NCBI RefSeq assembly: GCF_001194135.2
Contig: NC_068989.1
Location: 95,426,972 to 95,490,971, forward strand
Source: Octopus bimaculoides
Lineage: Eukaryota
DNA length: 64,000 nt
Direction of reading: 5' to 3'
The position numbers were made by a program, and so were the translations under genes. A model generated the notes under the pieces. It worked only from the letters and a program-made list of their open reading frames with translations. It did not search any database and was not told the DNA's origin. Each line of letters begins with the position of its first letter. Position 1 is the first letter of the stretch. Positions 25,505 through 39,899 of the stretch are shown here, piece by piece.

Positions 25505-25889
25505 CAGGCATTGCTGGATGTTTAGGAAGCTTGCTTTCAAACCACATGGGTTTGGGGGTCAGTGCCAGTGCATGACACCTTAAGCAACTCTCTATTGATA
25601 TAGCCACAGGCTGGCCAATGCTTTGGGAGTGAATTTGGTAGATAGAAACTGTATGGAAGTCCAGTGTGTGTGTATATATATGCATGTATGCATATGTGTG
25701 TGTGTGTCTTTTTGTTCATCCGTCCCACTACTTGACAACCAGTGTTGGTTTGTTCACATCTCCATGGTTACGCTGGTTTGGCAAAAGTGATCAACAGATT
25801 AAGTACTGAGGTCGATTTGCTTGACTAAACCCTTCATGGCACTGCTCCAGCATGGCTGCAGTCTGATGACTGAAGCAAATGAAAAAGCA
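25505..25889 (+). mobile_element. Near full-length tRNA-derived SINE of the most abundant family in the window
   Basis: Head ttaggaagcttgctttcaaaccacatgggtttgggggtcagtgcc, core ggtagatagaaactgtatggaag, internal (GT)n, 3' end ggcactgctccagcatggctgcagtctgatgactgaagcaaatgaaaaag. Confidence 0.8.
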
Positions 25890-27028
25890 GTAGCAGCAAC
25901 AACCATAAGAAATAGAAACTAAAACATGATGGGGCATCAATAGAAATGAAACGGTGCTGATGTGACGAGTGAGAAACGAAGGGTGCCGTGGAGGAGGCAA
26001 CAAGTATACAATAAAAGTGACATCTAATCGTTAAACTGCATCAGCAAGAAAAAATAAATGACTTTCTGGTACCGTAAACATTTTAGGAACGGTTAAATGC
26101 AATCTTTACAACAATAGCATATGCTTGAAAGCTGCATAATTTTTAGTTTATTCTCTACAAAATAATTAAAATTGTAAAATAATTGGATAAGGTAGTCAAT
26201 GTAACTCTGGTAGACTTCAATTATAAATAGAGGCATAATTAATTGGGTCATCTTGAACTCCTTTATGGTGATAACAGTAACTGAAAAGAGTGTACTCTGA
26301 GAAATTCATAGAGAGAAAATAGTTGAAATCTCCCACATTTATATAAGTTGATGGAACACTTTTTTAATATTCAATTATAATTGTTTAATTAGGAAATGGC
26401 TGTGTATAGGATAAAGTTAAGGCAGATGCTTAATAGTGGAAGTAACAAAGAAATCAATAAGAATGATCATTACTAAGCCATGAGCAGTCAACAAGATATT
26501 GATCAGTAATTTAAGGAGACAGCAAGATAAAATTCCCACTTGCATATGTGTGATATGTGTAATAAAATTTATGATGTATGGCATAGTGAGTATGTGTGCA
26601 TGTGAGAAGAAAATGGTTTCTGAATTGAAGAAAGAAAATCAATTATGATGATGTAAAAGATATGACAGCTCAACTCTACCATCTGTATAAGAATAAATAT
26701 TGCATGAACTGATATTTAAAGCAGTTGTTGAATAGAAGCTCCAACACAATCCAAATATGATAGAATATATTTTTCAAATAGCAACGGATGTAGTTCAAGT
26801 TAGTTAAGAACTTCACAATCAATTTCACAACGTTTTATATCTCCAGGAAATAATGAGCAGCAAGAGGAACAAAATCCCATATGGGAGTGGTGGATAATTT
26901 CTAAGTAAAATTAATAATTCACAAGGATCATTGAGATATTTTAGTTTATTTTTGATCTGAACTGCAAAAACAGCTGGTTAAATAGTTAAGATCATGTTTG
27001 ATACAAATGTGTTATTAATAGAAATAAT

Positions 27029-27402
27029 TGACCCCAATTTTTCACTGGTATTTAATTCATTGACCCTAAAAGGATGAAAGTTAAAGTTGACCTCAGCGGA
27101 ATTTGAACTCAGAACGTAAAGATGGACAAAATGCCGTTAAGGATTTTGCCTAGTGTGCTAAGGATTCTGCCAGCTTGCTGCCCAATAATGGTTTCAAATT
27201 TTGCCACAAGGGCAGCCATTTTGGGGAGGGGATGAGTCGATTGCATTGACCCCAGTGTTTTGCTGGTACTTAATTTATCGAACCCAAAAGGATGAAAGGT
27301 AAAGCTAACCTCGGCGGAATTTGAACTCAGAACGTAGCGACAGGCAAAATACCGCTAAGCATTTTGTCCAGTGTGCTAACAATTCGGCCTGCTTGCCACC
27401 TT
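27029..27402 (-). mobile_element. Head-to-tail dimer of a second tRNA-derived SINE, flanked by an 18-bp target-site duplication
   Basis: Two copies of ...aaaggatgaaag.taaag.t.acctc.gcggaatttgaactcagaacgta...; flanks gttattaatagaaataat (27011-27028) and gttgttaatagaaataat (27403-27420), 17 of 18 identical. Confidence 0.85.
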
Positions 27403-28898
27403 GTTGTTAATAGAAATAATATTAAAAAAATCCAAGAAATAACTTGTCTTTGTAAAGTAAAATATAATTTCACAGGATAAGTGAGTAATAAAATAAAAGA
27501 GGGAATGAATAATTTACCTGCCTCAAGTCAAGTTTAACAAATAAAGAACACATTTGGCAGGAATATAAAAACTAAGAATTTATAAAGGTTCTATTTTTAA
27601 ACCCTAACCCCTTCTTGTAGCTATAAACACTTCAACAGGTTTCAGACTAGCAGAATTGACTTTAAAACAATTTAATTCAACGATTATTAAATAAACAATA
27701 TTTAAATAGCAATGGTTAACCACAGCTTAACTATTCACTGTTTAGACATGGTTATGAATGTTGAAAAGTCTTATTTTCAAGTGAATATAAGAACATCTTC
27801 AGTGCAAGCTCTATAAATATTATGTGTAAAGGAAATATAATAACAATTCACTAAGCGTAGTGAAATACTAAGCACAATACTAAAACTACCGGTTTACTTT
27901 CATAACGTATTGGTGGGTGGGGAACTTCAGATTTGCTCTAAATACAATAGGTTTTCATATGTTTCAAACACATTGATGCACTCAGACACATTTATGATAA
28001 TAGATGAAGGATTGCATATTTTGTGTGTAAAATACAATAGATCTTCATTAAACAAGCGAAACAAACATTTTTACAGAAGACGGTCACATGAATTATATGA
28101 TTTACCCAATATCAAATAAGTTATTATCAGAAAACAGAAAATATTCAAGTAGTATGGATATACATTACATGAGAATTGAATTAAATTCCTCAAGTTACTT
28201 TTTTTATTGTTACCAGAACAAGTGTAATCCAAGGAAGACATATCAGACTGTAATTATAACAAGCATAAACCCAAAAAGCAATTTGCTGGGAGTAAAAAAA
28301 AAAAATCAAAAAAGGTAATTAATACCAAGTTTCAGGTTAAATGCATTGTTCTGTAGACACCTGATAAAAAATAGTGAAATCCATCATAAGGAAATTTTTG
28401 CCAACATTCTGAGGAAACAATTAAGGAAAGGGAAACAGCTGCAGAAAGGTAAATTTACAAACCTTTATGAGTAACACACAATTTATAAAATTTCTAAGAG
28501 AAATGTGCATCAGTGTGTTTTGAAAACAAAAAACAAACAAACAAAAAACAAAACCCATTTCATTTGTCTGTAATTTAGATCTTCAAGAAATACATTTATT
28601 CTGATTCTGCATGAGACAGTGGGAATAAAATATTTCTTCTTTCACACAAGGAAATTAAGTTTCTTGTTCAAATAATGTATCAAATTATCATATTGCGATA
28701 GAAAATTTCTATCAGAGAATTATATTTTTCAAATTTAAATGGAAACAAATATGTTCAAAATAAAATTTTCACTTGTCCACCCATTCACTCTTTTGTATTA
28801 TGTCTATGCATTATGTCAACACGTCTATCGATATTTATCATCATCATCATCATCATCATTGCTGCCACCATCACCACCACCACTACTACTACCATCTC

Positions 28899-28942
<44 letters not shown>

Positions 28943-31032
28943 ATACAAGTTTTATGTCCACAACAAAAATAGCATTTTTTTTTTACTTCTGAGATAAATT
29001 TATGACCAAATAAAAATAGGAAGCAATATTTACAAGGAAATTGAGAAATTACATGTTGCTATGAAAACTACCTGATAACCTAGATCAAAATAGTAATAGA
29101 TCATTTCTCAAAGCATGATTAAAAAAAAAAAAAAAAACATTGAGAGAGAGAGAGAGAGAAAGAGAGATGGATACTATGCAAGCAGTGGTTGTGTGAACAG
29201 TGTTGAAAGTATATGAAGAGAAGGAAATTAATCTTATTTTTTGAGCCTTCATCCCAGGAGTCATTTTCCTAATACAGGTGTAATTTTTTTTTTCTATATT
29301 TTAAAAACTTTTTATTTCATCTTCATGATTGATCAAATCCAAATAAATGTTTTTCCACTTTAACATTACAGGAATCTGATCAATTATATTATAGGAAAAA
29401 GCTGACATATCAATTCAGTAGTTTTCTGTCTATAGTTTATTCTTAGTAGTTCCAGGAAGCAGCAGATAAAATAGTGATTTGGTGCAGGTCTAATTTTTTT
29501 GCAGAGTCAAAATCAATTTAATTAATCACAGAATATTACTGGTACATAATTTTATCCATGCTAGTGAGTCAACTACTATTTGACTTGAATAAAAATCTCT
29601 CTCCAGTCTAAGTAAAGTCAATCATAAGATCTGGTTGAGAATGTTACTGCTACTACTTATACTATTTTACAGATAGCATTTACTCGTTCATTGGGAAGAT
29701 TTTAAGCGAATCTTGGGAGAATTCATACAATTATTTGATACATAATTTCTTAGAGAAATTATTGAAGTCTTGCATCGCTAAAAGATTTATACAAATGCAT
29801 TATTTCTACTTTGCAATTTTGAAGTAGCAATTGCACTTACATGTTATTAAAGTTTAAAACATACAAGTTTTCTGAAGAAGGATTTATGTTTTCAGCCATT
29901 GATTAAATGATGATTCTAAAACTTCAATACACTACACAGTTAAACAGAGACAACCTTTGTTTCTCTTTGGTGTCTTGGAAAGTGTTCTTTATTGGTGTTG
30001 TTGATCAAATCCAATACTGGTATCTATCAGTTTCATTAAATCTGTGTTCGACAGAAGAACTGATCACATGGATGAGAAGTTCTTGCTGTAGAAATGGTGC
30101 AGAATGATAAATTATTGTTTCCTGATTAGCTTGTTTGAATGGAATGGAATTTTATTGGATAGAAAAATTCTACCAATTTCTTTTCTTTTGATAAATTTTT
30201 CCTTTTTTTTTCTGTTCAGTTTGTAGTGTAGACTAACTCTGACTACTGACATTAGTGAGAAGATGAAGGATGACGTTTCTTTTGAATTCTTAGGGGTTAT
30301 TAATAATAAGAAAGCAAATGCAGTAAAACAGTGCTAAAGAATTGCAAAAGAAACAGAATATTGTGCATTTTGTTTAATGAAAGACACAGATAATGAAAGA
30401 GTATTGAAGTGGAGGGAAAAATGAAACAAGAAAACACTTTGATCATAGCAGCAAGCTAAACAGTAAGATATGAAATACAATAAAAGGTAGAAGCCTTTTT
30501 AAAGCAAGGCAACACTCAAGTGTTCAAATAATTCTCACCAAGAGATTTCAATAGAAGGAAATCTATCTGAGTTTGAGATAATCATTTTGGAAGTAATCAA
30601 TCAGATATAAAAAGCTTTTTAATGTGCAATGTTTTAAAATGCAGAGGTTTCTAAGAGAAAAGAAAATTTAGGGCTAATGAAAGAAAAATGTTGGGAAGCA
30701 AATTAATCTCTATTCAAAAGTGAAAACAGATTTGCCTTTTGCATAAGATAGTTCTATGGTGATGGAAGGTGGAAACGATAAGAGATTGCAAATGTAAATC
30801 TAATGACATTTTTAAAGAATATATTTATCATAATGGCAAGAAATTAGCTAAGTTTCTAACAGGATTTCATAACAATGATAGCAATCTTCTACTGGGGGCC
30901 AATCTGGGGGTAGACCCCATTCAAGCATTTAGCTGATCATATTGACCTCAGCACTTATTTCAGTAGTTATTTTATTGGACCTATGTATTGAACCACTAAG
31001 TTACAGGATATAAAAGGATATAATATGAACAG

Positions 31033-31418
31033 GGTGGAGGCGCAATGGCCCAGTGGTTAGGGCAGCGGACTCGTGGTCATAGGATCGCGGTTTCGATTCC
31101 CAGACCGGGTGTTGTGAGTGTTTATTGAGCGAAAACACCTAAAGCTCCACGAGGCTCCGGCAGGGGATGGTGGCGAACCCTGCTGTACTCTTTCACCACA
31201 ACTTTCTCTCACTCTTACTTCCTGTTTCTGTTGTGCCTGTAATTCAAAGGGTCAGCCTTGTCACACTCTGTGTCATGCTGAATCTACCCCGAGAACTACG
31301 TTAAGAGTACACGTGTCTCTGGAGTGCTCAGCCACTTGCACGTTAATTTCACGAGCAGGCTGTTCCGTTGATCGGATCAACAGGAACCCTCGTCGTCGTA
31401 ACCGACGGAGTGCCAACC
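31033..31418 (+). mobile_element. Young full-length tRNA-derived SINE with a perfect 13-bp TSD, nested in an older SINE remnant
   Basis: A-box-like tggcccagtggtt and B-box-like gtttcgattccc; CpG-rich body; ataatatgaacag at 31020-31032 and 31419-31431. Confidence 0.92.
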
Positions 31419-33329
31419 ATAATATGAACAGAACACTAGATTCAATTGGTGTAAACCAGGGAGGGGGGACCCCACTTGTGGCTGTAATTGTGCCTGCGAG
31501 CACATTCTATCCCACCTGCATGCTGATATGGAGAAAATATACTAAATTTTTCAATTATGAAATTTATACAATATTCGTCTGCCTATTTGTGACATAGGTC
31601 ATGTTTCCACTACGACTTAAAAAGGTCAGACTCGCACAGAAATTGTCCTGTAATTGCCATTTGAATGGAAATTTTGTTTTCACTATAAAACACATATTGC
31701 TAGGTTTGTGCCACCCCCTTGAGACCCAACTACACTCTGGCTGAAAAAAATAGAATACCTCATAAGTAATATAAACGTCCTAAATTCAGTGGAGGCATTA
31801 ATGAAGATGTTACGCATTAATTTAATGTGTTAAACTTATCTTTATTAATGTATATTGAATTATACATAGATATATATATACAAGATTTACACAGATATAA
31901 GAGTTAGAACTTGTGGTCTGCCTGCGGACCTTTTTCATTAGAAATTTTTGCCTGACGCACTTAAAAAGTTTCCCCACCCCTGGTGTAAACAAAAATGCAA
32001 ACACACACACATATATAAGCACGTCTGTGCTCATGTCTAGATTTTCTCTGTTTTTGAATATTTTATAAGGAAAAACTTGAATAAACATTTTGTATTCTAG
32101 CCTTGTAGGATTATTCATTTGTATGCCAGCATTTTTCTTTAGCCAAAATACCAATAATTCACACCAACAAGGTAGGTTTCCAATGGTCTGTTTACTTGCT
32201 GGAAATAACAACTGAATCTTCCTCAAATCTTACCATGCTGTTTTAAAACAAGAAGGACATACAAAATGTAGTCCTAGAAATACAGACTAAGGATGGTCAA
32301 AGATTGAATACCTTTCATCATAGGTCGATTCAATCAAAGCCAATTTAAATCTAAGAACCAGATTTATAACATCAGTCTTTTAATCTACCTTTATCAATCC
32401 AGATAGTAACATGATTTGTTCTGCTTACACTTCTTTTGTTATAGTGTGAACCCTATGCTTTAAGTTAAAAATAATTTTTCGTAGTTTTCAGTTCACCAAT
32501 AAACTAGGTAAAATCCAATAAACACAATAAATGAAAGACAATATTTCTGTTACTTTTCTTTATAGTAAATCTTAACCTTTGTTGAATCTTAGACAAAAAA
32601 ATGACGTTTTTATTCACAGATAAAAATACTAACTTACATTAATATGAGAAAATTTTTATAGCAGGCTGGCTCAATTATGATACAATTCCAGGATTGTCTA
32701 GAGAACAAAAATAAATGTTCATTGTGAGACTTCAGAAGAATGCTGGAAGTACATTTCAGCCACAACAGGCAATAAATAACAATGGCAAGTGAAAACATCA
32801 GAGCCATAGTCTAAAGTAATAGCGTGAGGAAATTACAATAATAGCCTGGCTGAAGAGGTACTTTGTGATTTGAATTATATGTTGGATTAGCTTATATCAT
32901 TCTAGATAAAATCATAAGAATAATTTTTAAGCTGAATAGGTGCAAAGTAATTTAGAATAGAAGGCCAATATTTGAAATGATCCCAAGAAATAAAGAAAAG
33001 GAAAACAAACACATTGAGAAAATAAATATTTTTCGAAGGATTAATTCAATAATACTTTATCTGTTGCAGCCTCTTACATACATTATATATAAAATAAAAT
33101 ATATAAAATAAAATATATAAAATAAAATATATAAAATAAAAATTATCAACAACTAAATCTCCACAAAGATAACCTTTCAGAGATGAAAATGCATTGGCTG
33201 CTACTGATTAATATAAAAGAGAAGAAGGAAAATGAAATAATATCGGAATAATAGCTTCTTTTTTTCTTCTTGTAGTCAATAATTCCTGATTTTAATCTAA
33301 GATAACAAAAGTAATTAAATAATGTGTAT

Positions 33330-33500
33330 ATGTATGTATTATGTAATTGGCTGTACAGAAGAGGTATGCCATGTCCCCTGTATGTCATATGAGACAGCTA
33401 TATGGGTCATTAACAGGAAGCACATTCAATAGTAAAACACTGCCTCGGGCAACTGTCCAACCCATGCCAGCATGGAAAAGTGGATGTGAAATAAAATCAT
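33330..33500 (+). mobile_element. Degenerate RTE-tailed repeat 3' end
   Basis: Ends ...gtccaacccatgccagcatggaaaagtggatgtgaaat, the shared RTE terminus. Confidence 0.6.
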
Positions 33501-35407
33501 TGAGACACACATATACATGCTGCTTGGTCCCAGGTCAGTCCTGGTTGAGTAGACCAGTGATTAAAGATATTCAAGAGCTGGCCATCCTCTCTTTTCAGCA
33601 CTCTATGGTCTTATATTATCTAGTGTCTATTTAATGTGCTCCTTCCATATTGATGACGGTAAGAGTGTGATTTTAGGCAGTTCTGTCTGCTGTTTCTAGC
33701 AAGTTGAGCAATCATATTCAGGGTCCCTTGTTGGTTTGCTCACAGACATGCTTCAATAATTAGTGTAATAAATCCAGTATTTTTCCAGATAGTTTTTGTC
33801 TATAAACATTCAATCCAAAGGTGAAAGCAGTGTTTGTGTGTGTGTGTGGTGGGGGGACTTTACAGAAGAATGATGCCTATAAACAAATTTTTTGAATGCC
33901 AATTAGGAGTGCTTCCCTTATATTCCACTTTCAGAAAATGTATGAATTTCTCAATTATCAATTCCCTTCTCAAAATCTGAGTTTTTGCTAATGTAGAAAT
34001 ACATTTTTATCCTATAACATCTGTATGCAGTATAGTAAACACCCAGAACAATGTATGTAAAGAGACAAAAAAATTGTGAAGAGTAGAAAGGTTGAAGTTG
34101 AAGAATAGAAAATAGCTACATTATTCAAGAGACAAGGAAAAGCAGTGAACAGGCTAATAAAAGCTGACAAATGTTTAGAATAGCAAAACTTAAGGCGAGA
34201 ATAAGCTGGGGAATTATGTGCACGCAATAATGAGGAGAACTGTCAAGGGTAAAAAAAAAAGGGGAAGGAAAATATGAGTTGCTGTTAAATAAGAAGAATT
34301 AATGGAATAAAAAGAGCGTATTGAAGATTAATCCAACCACATTATAGAAATGTGAATAAAATAGGCACATATAACAGTTTCAAGAATGAAAGAGAATTTG
34401 AAAGCCACATTGAAATAAAGGAGGAATATGGCATTGTGGTAGAGCTAAAGATCTCTGATAAGAATAGTAGCAGTGCCATGTCAGTGATTGATGGTTGGTA
34501 TATCAACACCATCATCAATTACTGGAAAGCTAAAACAAAGAGGAATAATTCTTGAAGAATGCTCACAGAAAAAAAAACCCACAAAAAAACAAAGAAGGAA
34601 GATATTAGATTAAAATACCTAAGAATTATGTCATGAGAGAATTACATTGGACTATCATTTGTTTTGATTTATATTGGTAAAAACGAGGAAATATGTTTAT
34701 AAAACAGCAGAAAAAGAATTAATTATAGATCGCATATTTTTAGAAAAGACTTGTGGATTTAGCAATAGAGAACTGAACAGAAGAGAAACCAGGCAATGAA
34801 TAAGTCAGAATTTCTTGCGGTAGCCACATGTCTTTTCAAATGCATGATGCCCACCTCTGTCCCTCAATACTCTGCCCTCACCAGTTACAGAGGCTCTTTG
34901 TCCTGTAAGTGACTTTGTGACCCCACAGCTGCTTGTGCCATGGAAAAACCACTCAGTACACACTGTCGAGTAGGTGGCATTAAGGTGGTTAGGCAGAGAG
35001 TAAAGCATTTCCTGACAAACCAACCAACCCATCCCAGCAAGGAAAACAGACACTGAATGATGATAATGATGATGATGATGATGTGAGTACTGGGGCCAAT
35101 GTAATTGAAATTCCTCACCATGTACCAAAGTTCAAAAACCATTATTATGATTATAATAATAATTATTATCATTAGCATAACTGCTATCAAAATATGGGGG
35201 TGGGGTGGATATCAGAATGAAAAGTATGTCCAACAACCAATATGATATTTATTTACATCCCTAATATTCTTTGCTCCAACCCTATCTGGTCAGTTTTACC
35301 TTTCCTCTGTCAGTGTTAAAGAAAATAAATAGAGCAAAGTTTAGGAACTTGACTAAATCAATGTAACTCTTCACCCATCAAATATGCAGTGTTGTATCAA
35401 GAAAACA

Positions 35408-35426
35408 TTATTATTATTATTATTAC

Positions 35427-35472
<46 letters not shown>
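35408..35472. repeat. (ATT)n microsatellite
   Basis: Direct reading. Confidence 0.95.
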
Positions 35473-36895
35473 GAGTGATCATACAAACAAAGTTAAAGAG
35501 TTTAGCATAAAAGATTGTGTAAATGAATCTAAAGAAAGAGTGATTGTATTTGAATGAAATTGAGAACTTACAGAAGCAGACAAAGTAGGACGGAGTGTAA
35601 TCAAGAGAAAAGTAAATGTAAGAAGGTAGGTGAGAGTTGTGCGTAACATCTTCAATGTGATTCTAATCAATGTAAAACCTAGAATCAGAGGAAATTAGAG
35701 TTGGTCCGCATCAAGGAAACTATTGATGCTCTGTAGCGGCAAAAACAATAAGTGCATATACTGTGATGAGAGGTAACTTCCGATGTTTCAGACAGAACTC
35801 ATTTTTTAAGCTAATTCAATTAAAGTAGTACAGAAAAATTGCAAAAACCTGAATCTGAAAATCTAATCCTACAAAATTTGCAACACAATGAAATTAATAA
35901 TTGAATAACTAGTGGAGGAGGGGGTAGGGGTGTTTAAAAAAACTGATAAAATTGATTGGCACGACATTTTTTTTGCTAATTATCAAAAGTGATAAAGTAA
36001 TTAAGTTGTTAGAATTAATGAAAATCATTTTAAATTCTGATAAAATTTTTAAAAAACTACTTGTAAGAGTTTTTTTTTCTTTTCCTCCCCACAAAACATT
36101 TGATGGAGAGATGAAGAATCTCATGGTATTTAACGAAATTCTAACTGAAACTGTTTCCTCATTGCTAGTCTCTGAGTTTAAACTGTATGGGCTTACACAG
36201 ACACAAAACATACACACATACAGGCATTGAGTTATTGTTTATGGAGGTAACTCAACACTATCAATTCACAGCCAAAACAATACACAATAGCATTCCAGAT
36301 GATTCAAAGAGATTCTCAAGAAAACAATTTCAGTGTTGTGTTGAAAGCAACAGAGTCTGCTAAAGTTTGCTTGTGCAGAAAAGTATCAAAGGTGTTGAAA
36401 GTTTTAGTTATTGAGGGAAATTAATAACAATGTATTCTGTAAAGTGCACTTAAGGCAAAGTTAAATGTTTCCCAGATATATAGTAATAAGAATATTAGTA
36501 TGAAATGAAATGAAATCAAATACATTTTCAGAGTCCAGCCAATTTGAGTTAATGGTATCCAGTAAGTTGTTATGCATCTTGATTGAAAGAAACTTCTCTC
36601 ACACACTACATCTTAAACTCTTAACTCAGCTGTGTGGTTTACTTTTGATGCAAAAATATCACTGTACTTTGAAAGAACATGAAATCACTATAAAGAGTAG
36701 GATAAAAAGAATTTCTTTAGTGGTTGCATAAAAGTGATGTCTATAGAGAAGAATAAAAAAAATGTTTTAATGATCAAAGATAAATTTATGGAAAGAAAAC
36801 AAAAATATATTAATCTTTTAAGACACAAAACACAGACTATTTTTAGAATAGGAAATTTCTTATTCCTTCATGTAGTGTTTTATATATATATATAT

Positions 36896-37038
36896 NNNNN
36901 NNNNNNNNNNNNNNNNNNNNNNNNNNNNNNNNNNNNNNNNNNNNNNNNNNNNNNNNNNNNNNNNNNNNNNNNNNNNNNNNNNNNNNNNNNNNNNNNNNNN
37001 NNNNNNNNNNNNNNNNNNNNNNNNNNNNNNNNNNNNNN
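36896..37038. other. Assembly gap
   Basis: N run following (TA)n. Confidence 1.
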
Positions 37039-39104
37039 ACTCAATGCATTCAGTATAATTTACCTGGAAACAATAGTTGATTAACTCTTTCATTAATCAG
37101 GGTTTCATACTAAATGTAATTATTCAGGAAGATACATGTAACAACAAACTCTGAGTGTGGAATGGAATGAATTCTAAGATATGTGTGTGCATGTGTTTGT
37201 GTGTGTGTGTGTGAGAGAGAGAGGGGGGAGAAAGAGTGAGACATAGACAAAGGGAGGGAGGGAGGGGGAGAGAGAGAATATGGTCTGAAAATAATTTGTT
37301 TCTTAAAAGTTCAATACATGTTTGTTATCTTCACACCGTTTATATTTGACTATTAAAATCTTTTTATGTCAATCTTTCCAGACATCCCTTGCATGTGATC
37401 ATTTGGAAGACAACCAAATAAAGAGAAATGGCTTAGAATGAAACATGTAAAACCCAGTCTTTAAGAGTGACTTTTCATGTTCAACTCATCTTATCAATTT
37501 CAATTCAAACTCTTAGTCCCCTGGATTACAAAATCCTATAATTTTTGATATCTAAAATGTCAACATGGTACCCCTTCCCCCCACATACACACACAGTTGT
37601 AAATGATTAGAAATATAAAGAATATAGAAAATTATGAAAAATAAAATTTAAAAAAAACTTAACTAATATAATTTTCTTAAGGCATCAGTCCCATTTATCT
37701 TCATTTTCATGTGGTTTCAGAATTTTAATTTACATATATAAAAACCAACATCTTATATTTATAAAAATATAAAAAAAAAAAAAATTAACATAACGAATCT
37801 TGTGATCACAGCTAATTACTGATATTTATGAAGATCCTCAGAATATTTGCACAGCCTGTTTGCTTTGAAGATATGTTTATAAAATATTTCTTCAAATTTT
37901 CATTCCTCATCATTGAATTTGAAAAGAAGGTTATTTTATTTTTTTTAATATCATCAGGAGTGTCCATATTTTAATGAATTAAAGCAGAATTAAGATTTGA
38001 AATTATGCAAATACTGAAATCTCCCAGGAGATTGTATAATATAGAACAATAATTCTACATTTGGAAAAGCTGATGAAACAAGGATAATCTATGTGGAGTT
38101 AGTTGTGAAGTTGGATTTAAGGAAACAAACTGTTTGGAAATTTAAGCATCTCTTTGAATCTAATTAAATGATACTGATTTGAAATTTTTAATTTTCAAAA
38201 TAAGTTTGGACTCAACTTCTTTCAAAGGAAATGGAAATGTGTTATGACTAAATATGAAATTTTTTTTTTTTTTTCATCTTGCTTTTGCTTTATCAATAAA
38301 ATCAAAGATATATCTTATTCTATACTACTTGTGATAATTATTTGATGTTATATACTAATCTTTCAATAAAGCCATATTTCTTTCCTCACAGAAGCACTGA
38401 CTTTACCATTAGTCATGTTATAGATGTACTTGTAGTTATTCTAAATTATTTTATGTTGCTGTAGAGAGAAAGATGAGAGGAGTTCAAGTTCGAAAAAGGT
38501 AAAGGAAAAACATAACAATTTTATAGTCTGCTGGACTTCTCTGTCATCGTCTAACAGCATTTTAAATGATGGAAATTTGATGGTAAAGCAGGCTTTGCGG
38601 AAGCTTTATGGAGGAACTAAATTCACTGAAACAAATTCAAATTTTTATCTCATTTCTTTAATTCCTGAATAGCTTGTGACCGACGAAGCAGTAGAAATGC
38701 AAAAATGTATTTTTGTGTTATATGTAAAGTAATGAAGATAATCAGAAGAAAATGATAAAAAATGAATTTGATGATCCAAAAGTATTTATTATCTGCACAA
38801 ATAAGTTTGATAACATGCAGTAAACCAATAAACTGGAATGAGAGTATACTGACAAAGATCAAAGAACAATTTATATTACTAAATTATAACTTTTAATTTA
38901 GCCTCATATACTAAGTTAGAAATGCTAAAAATCATTTGTGAGAATTATTATAACAGCGTTAAAAAGCCTTTTTAAATGATTGTATCCCTGTATGTAGATA
39001 TACTGCAACTGAGGCCTCTGTGTGAATGTGGCTTTTCTCTGCTGCTTTGGTAAAAGATTATATTTTTGTTATATGAATAAATGTGGAGAATCAGATTGGA
39101 GCCT

Positions 39105-39193
39105 GGAATAGCCACCTGGTCCACCAGTCCTCAGTCAAATCGTCCAACCCATGCTAGCATGGAAAGCGGATGTTAAACGATGATGATGATGAT
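39105..39193 (+). mobile_element. Short RTE 3' terminus with (GAT)n tail
   Basis: cctcagtcaaatcgtccaacccatgctagcatggaaagcggatgttaaacgatgatgatgatg. Confidence 0.85.
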
Positions 39194-39585
39194 TTATTGA
39201 GACACACAAAAATGATTACAGAGATCCAAATTCTCAGTTATCAATTTGGATTTTGTGATCCTGTAGAGTCTAAAGACACCACATAAGACCTTCAACAACA
39301 GACGCAATAACAACATCAGCCTAGTCTTAAACGATTTATTGGCCGTGTATGTGTGTGTGTGTGTATTTAAGCTCGTGTGAGAAATATCATAAAACTCCAT
39401 GCAGGATATACACTTTTTGCATTAAAATTAATATTAAAATTTAGGGAAGAAAATAGTGAAAGTGGATTTTTTCCTCACCCACTTTTATTAAAGAGAAGGA
39501 AAAAAACACAATAATCTAATATTCATTGACAATTTTAGATATTGTTTCCAAATATTAAACCCATATTAATGTTGCAGCCTTATAT

Positions 39586-39835
39586 TATAGCTGTGCGACC
39601 TGAAACATCAGCAAGTACACAAGCTTCTCAATGGTGCTGAGATGTGGTCCCTTAGACGAATGTTGAAGAGATAGAGTGGCAAATATCAAAGTCCTTAGAC
39701 AAGCAGAAAATTCCAGAAAGCTTCTTAACACCATAAGAAGACAATAGGTTAAGTTCAGTGGACATTCTAATGAGAAGACAAACCTTTGAACATTTAGTAA
39801 CAATGGTAAAACGAAAAGGAACAAGAAACCAGGAA

Positions 39836-39840
<5 letters not shown>
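39586..39840 (+). mobile_element. Decayed RTE/BovB-like LINE C-terminal fragment, running into (GA)n
   Basis: Frame-broken YSCAT*, AEMWSLRRML, LLNTIRRQ, SGH, FEHLVTMVKRKGTRNQERQR resemble YGCETW, FEMWCLRRML, GHI.R and LE.L...GK.EGKR.RGRQR. Confidence 0.7.

Positions 39841-39899
<59 letters not shown>

Noticed and set aside
27599-27612. Telomere-like (CCCTAA) motifs here and near 49452-49463
   Set aside because: Only about two units each, not distinguishable from chance or transposon remnants.
31895-31983. hAT-like terminus CAGGGGTGGGGAA on the minus strand (similar CAGGGGT near 41077)
   Set aside because: No matching second TIR or 8-bp TSD identified.
33088-33142. Short tandem duplications (14-bp AT-rich units here; 22-bp at about 1984-2028; about 33-bp at 3788-3868)
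   Set aside because: Ordinary slippage products or possible assembly artefacts with no further structure.
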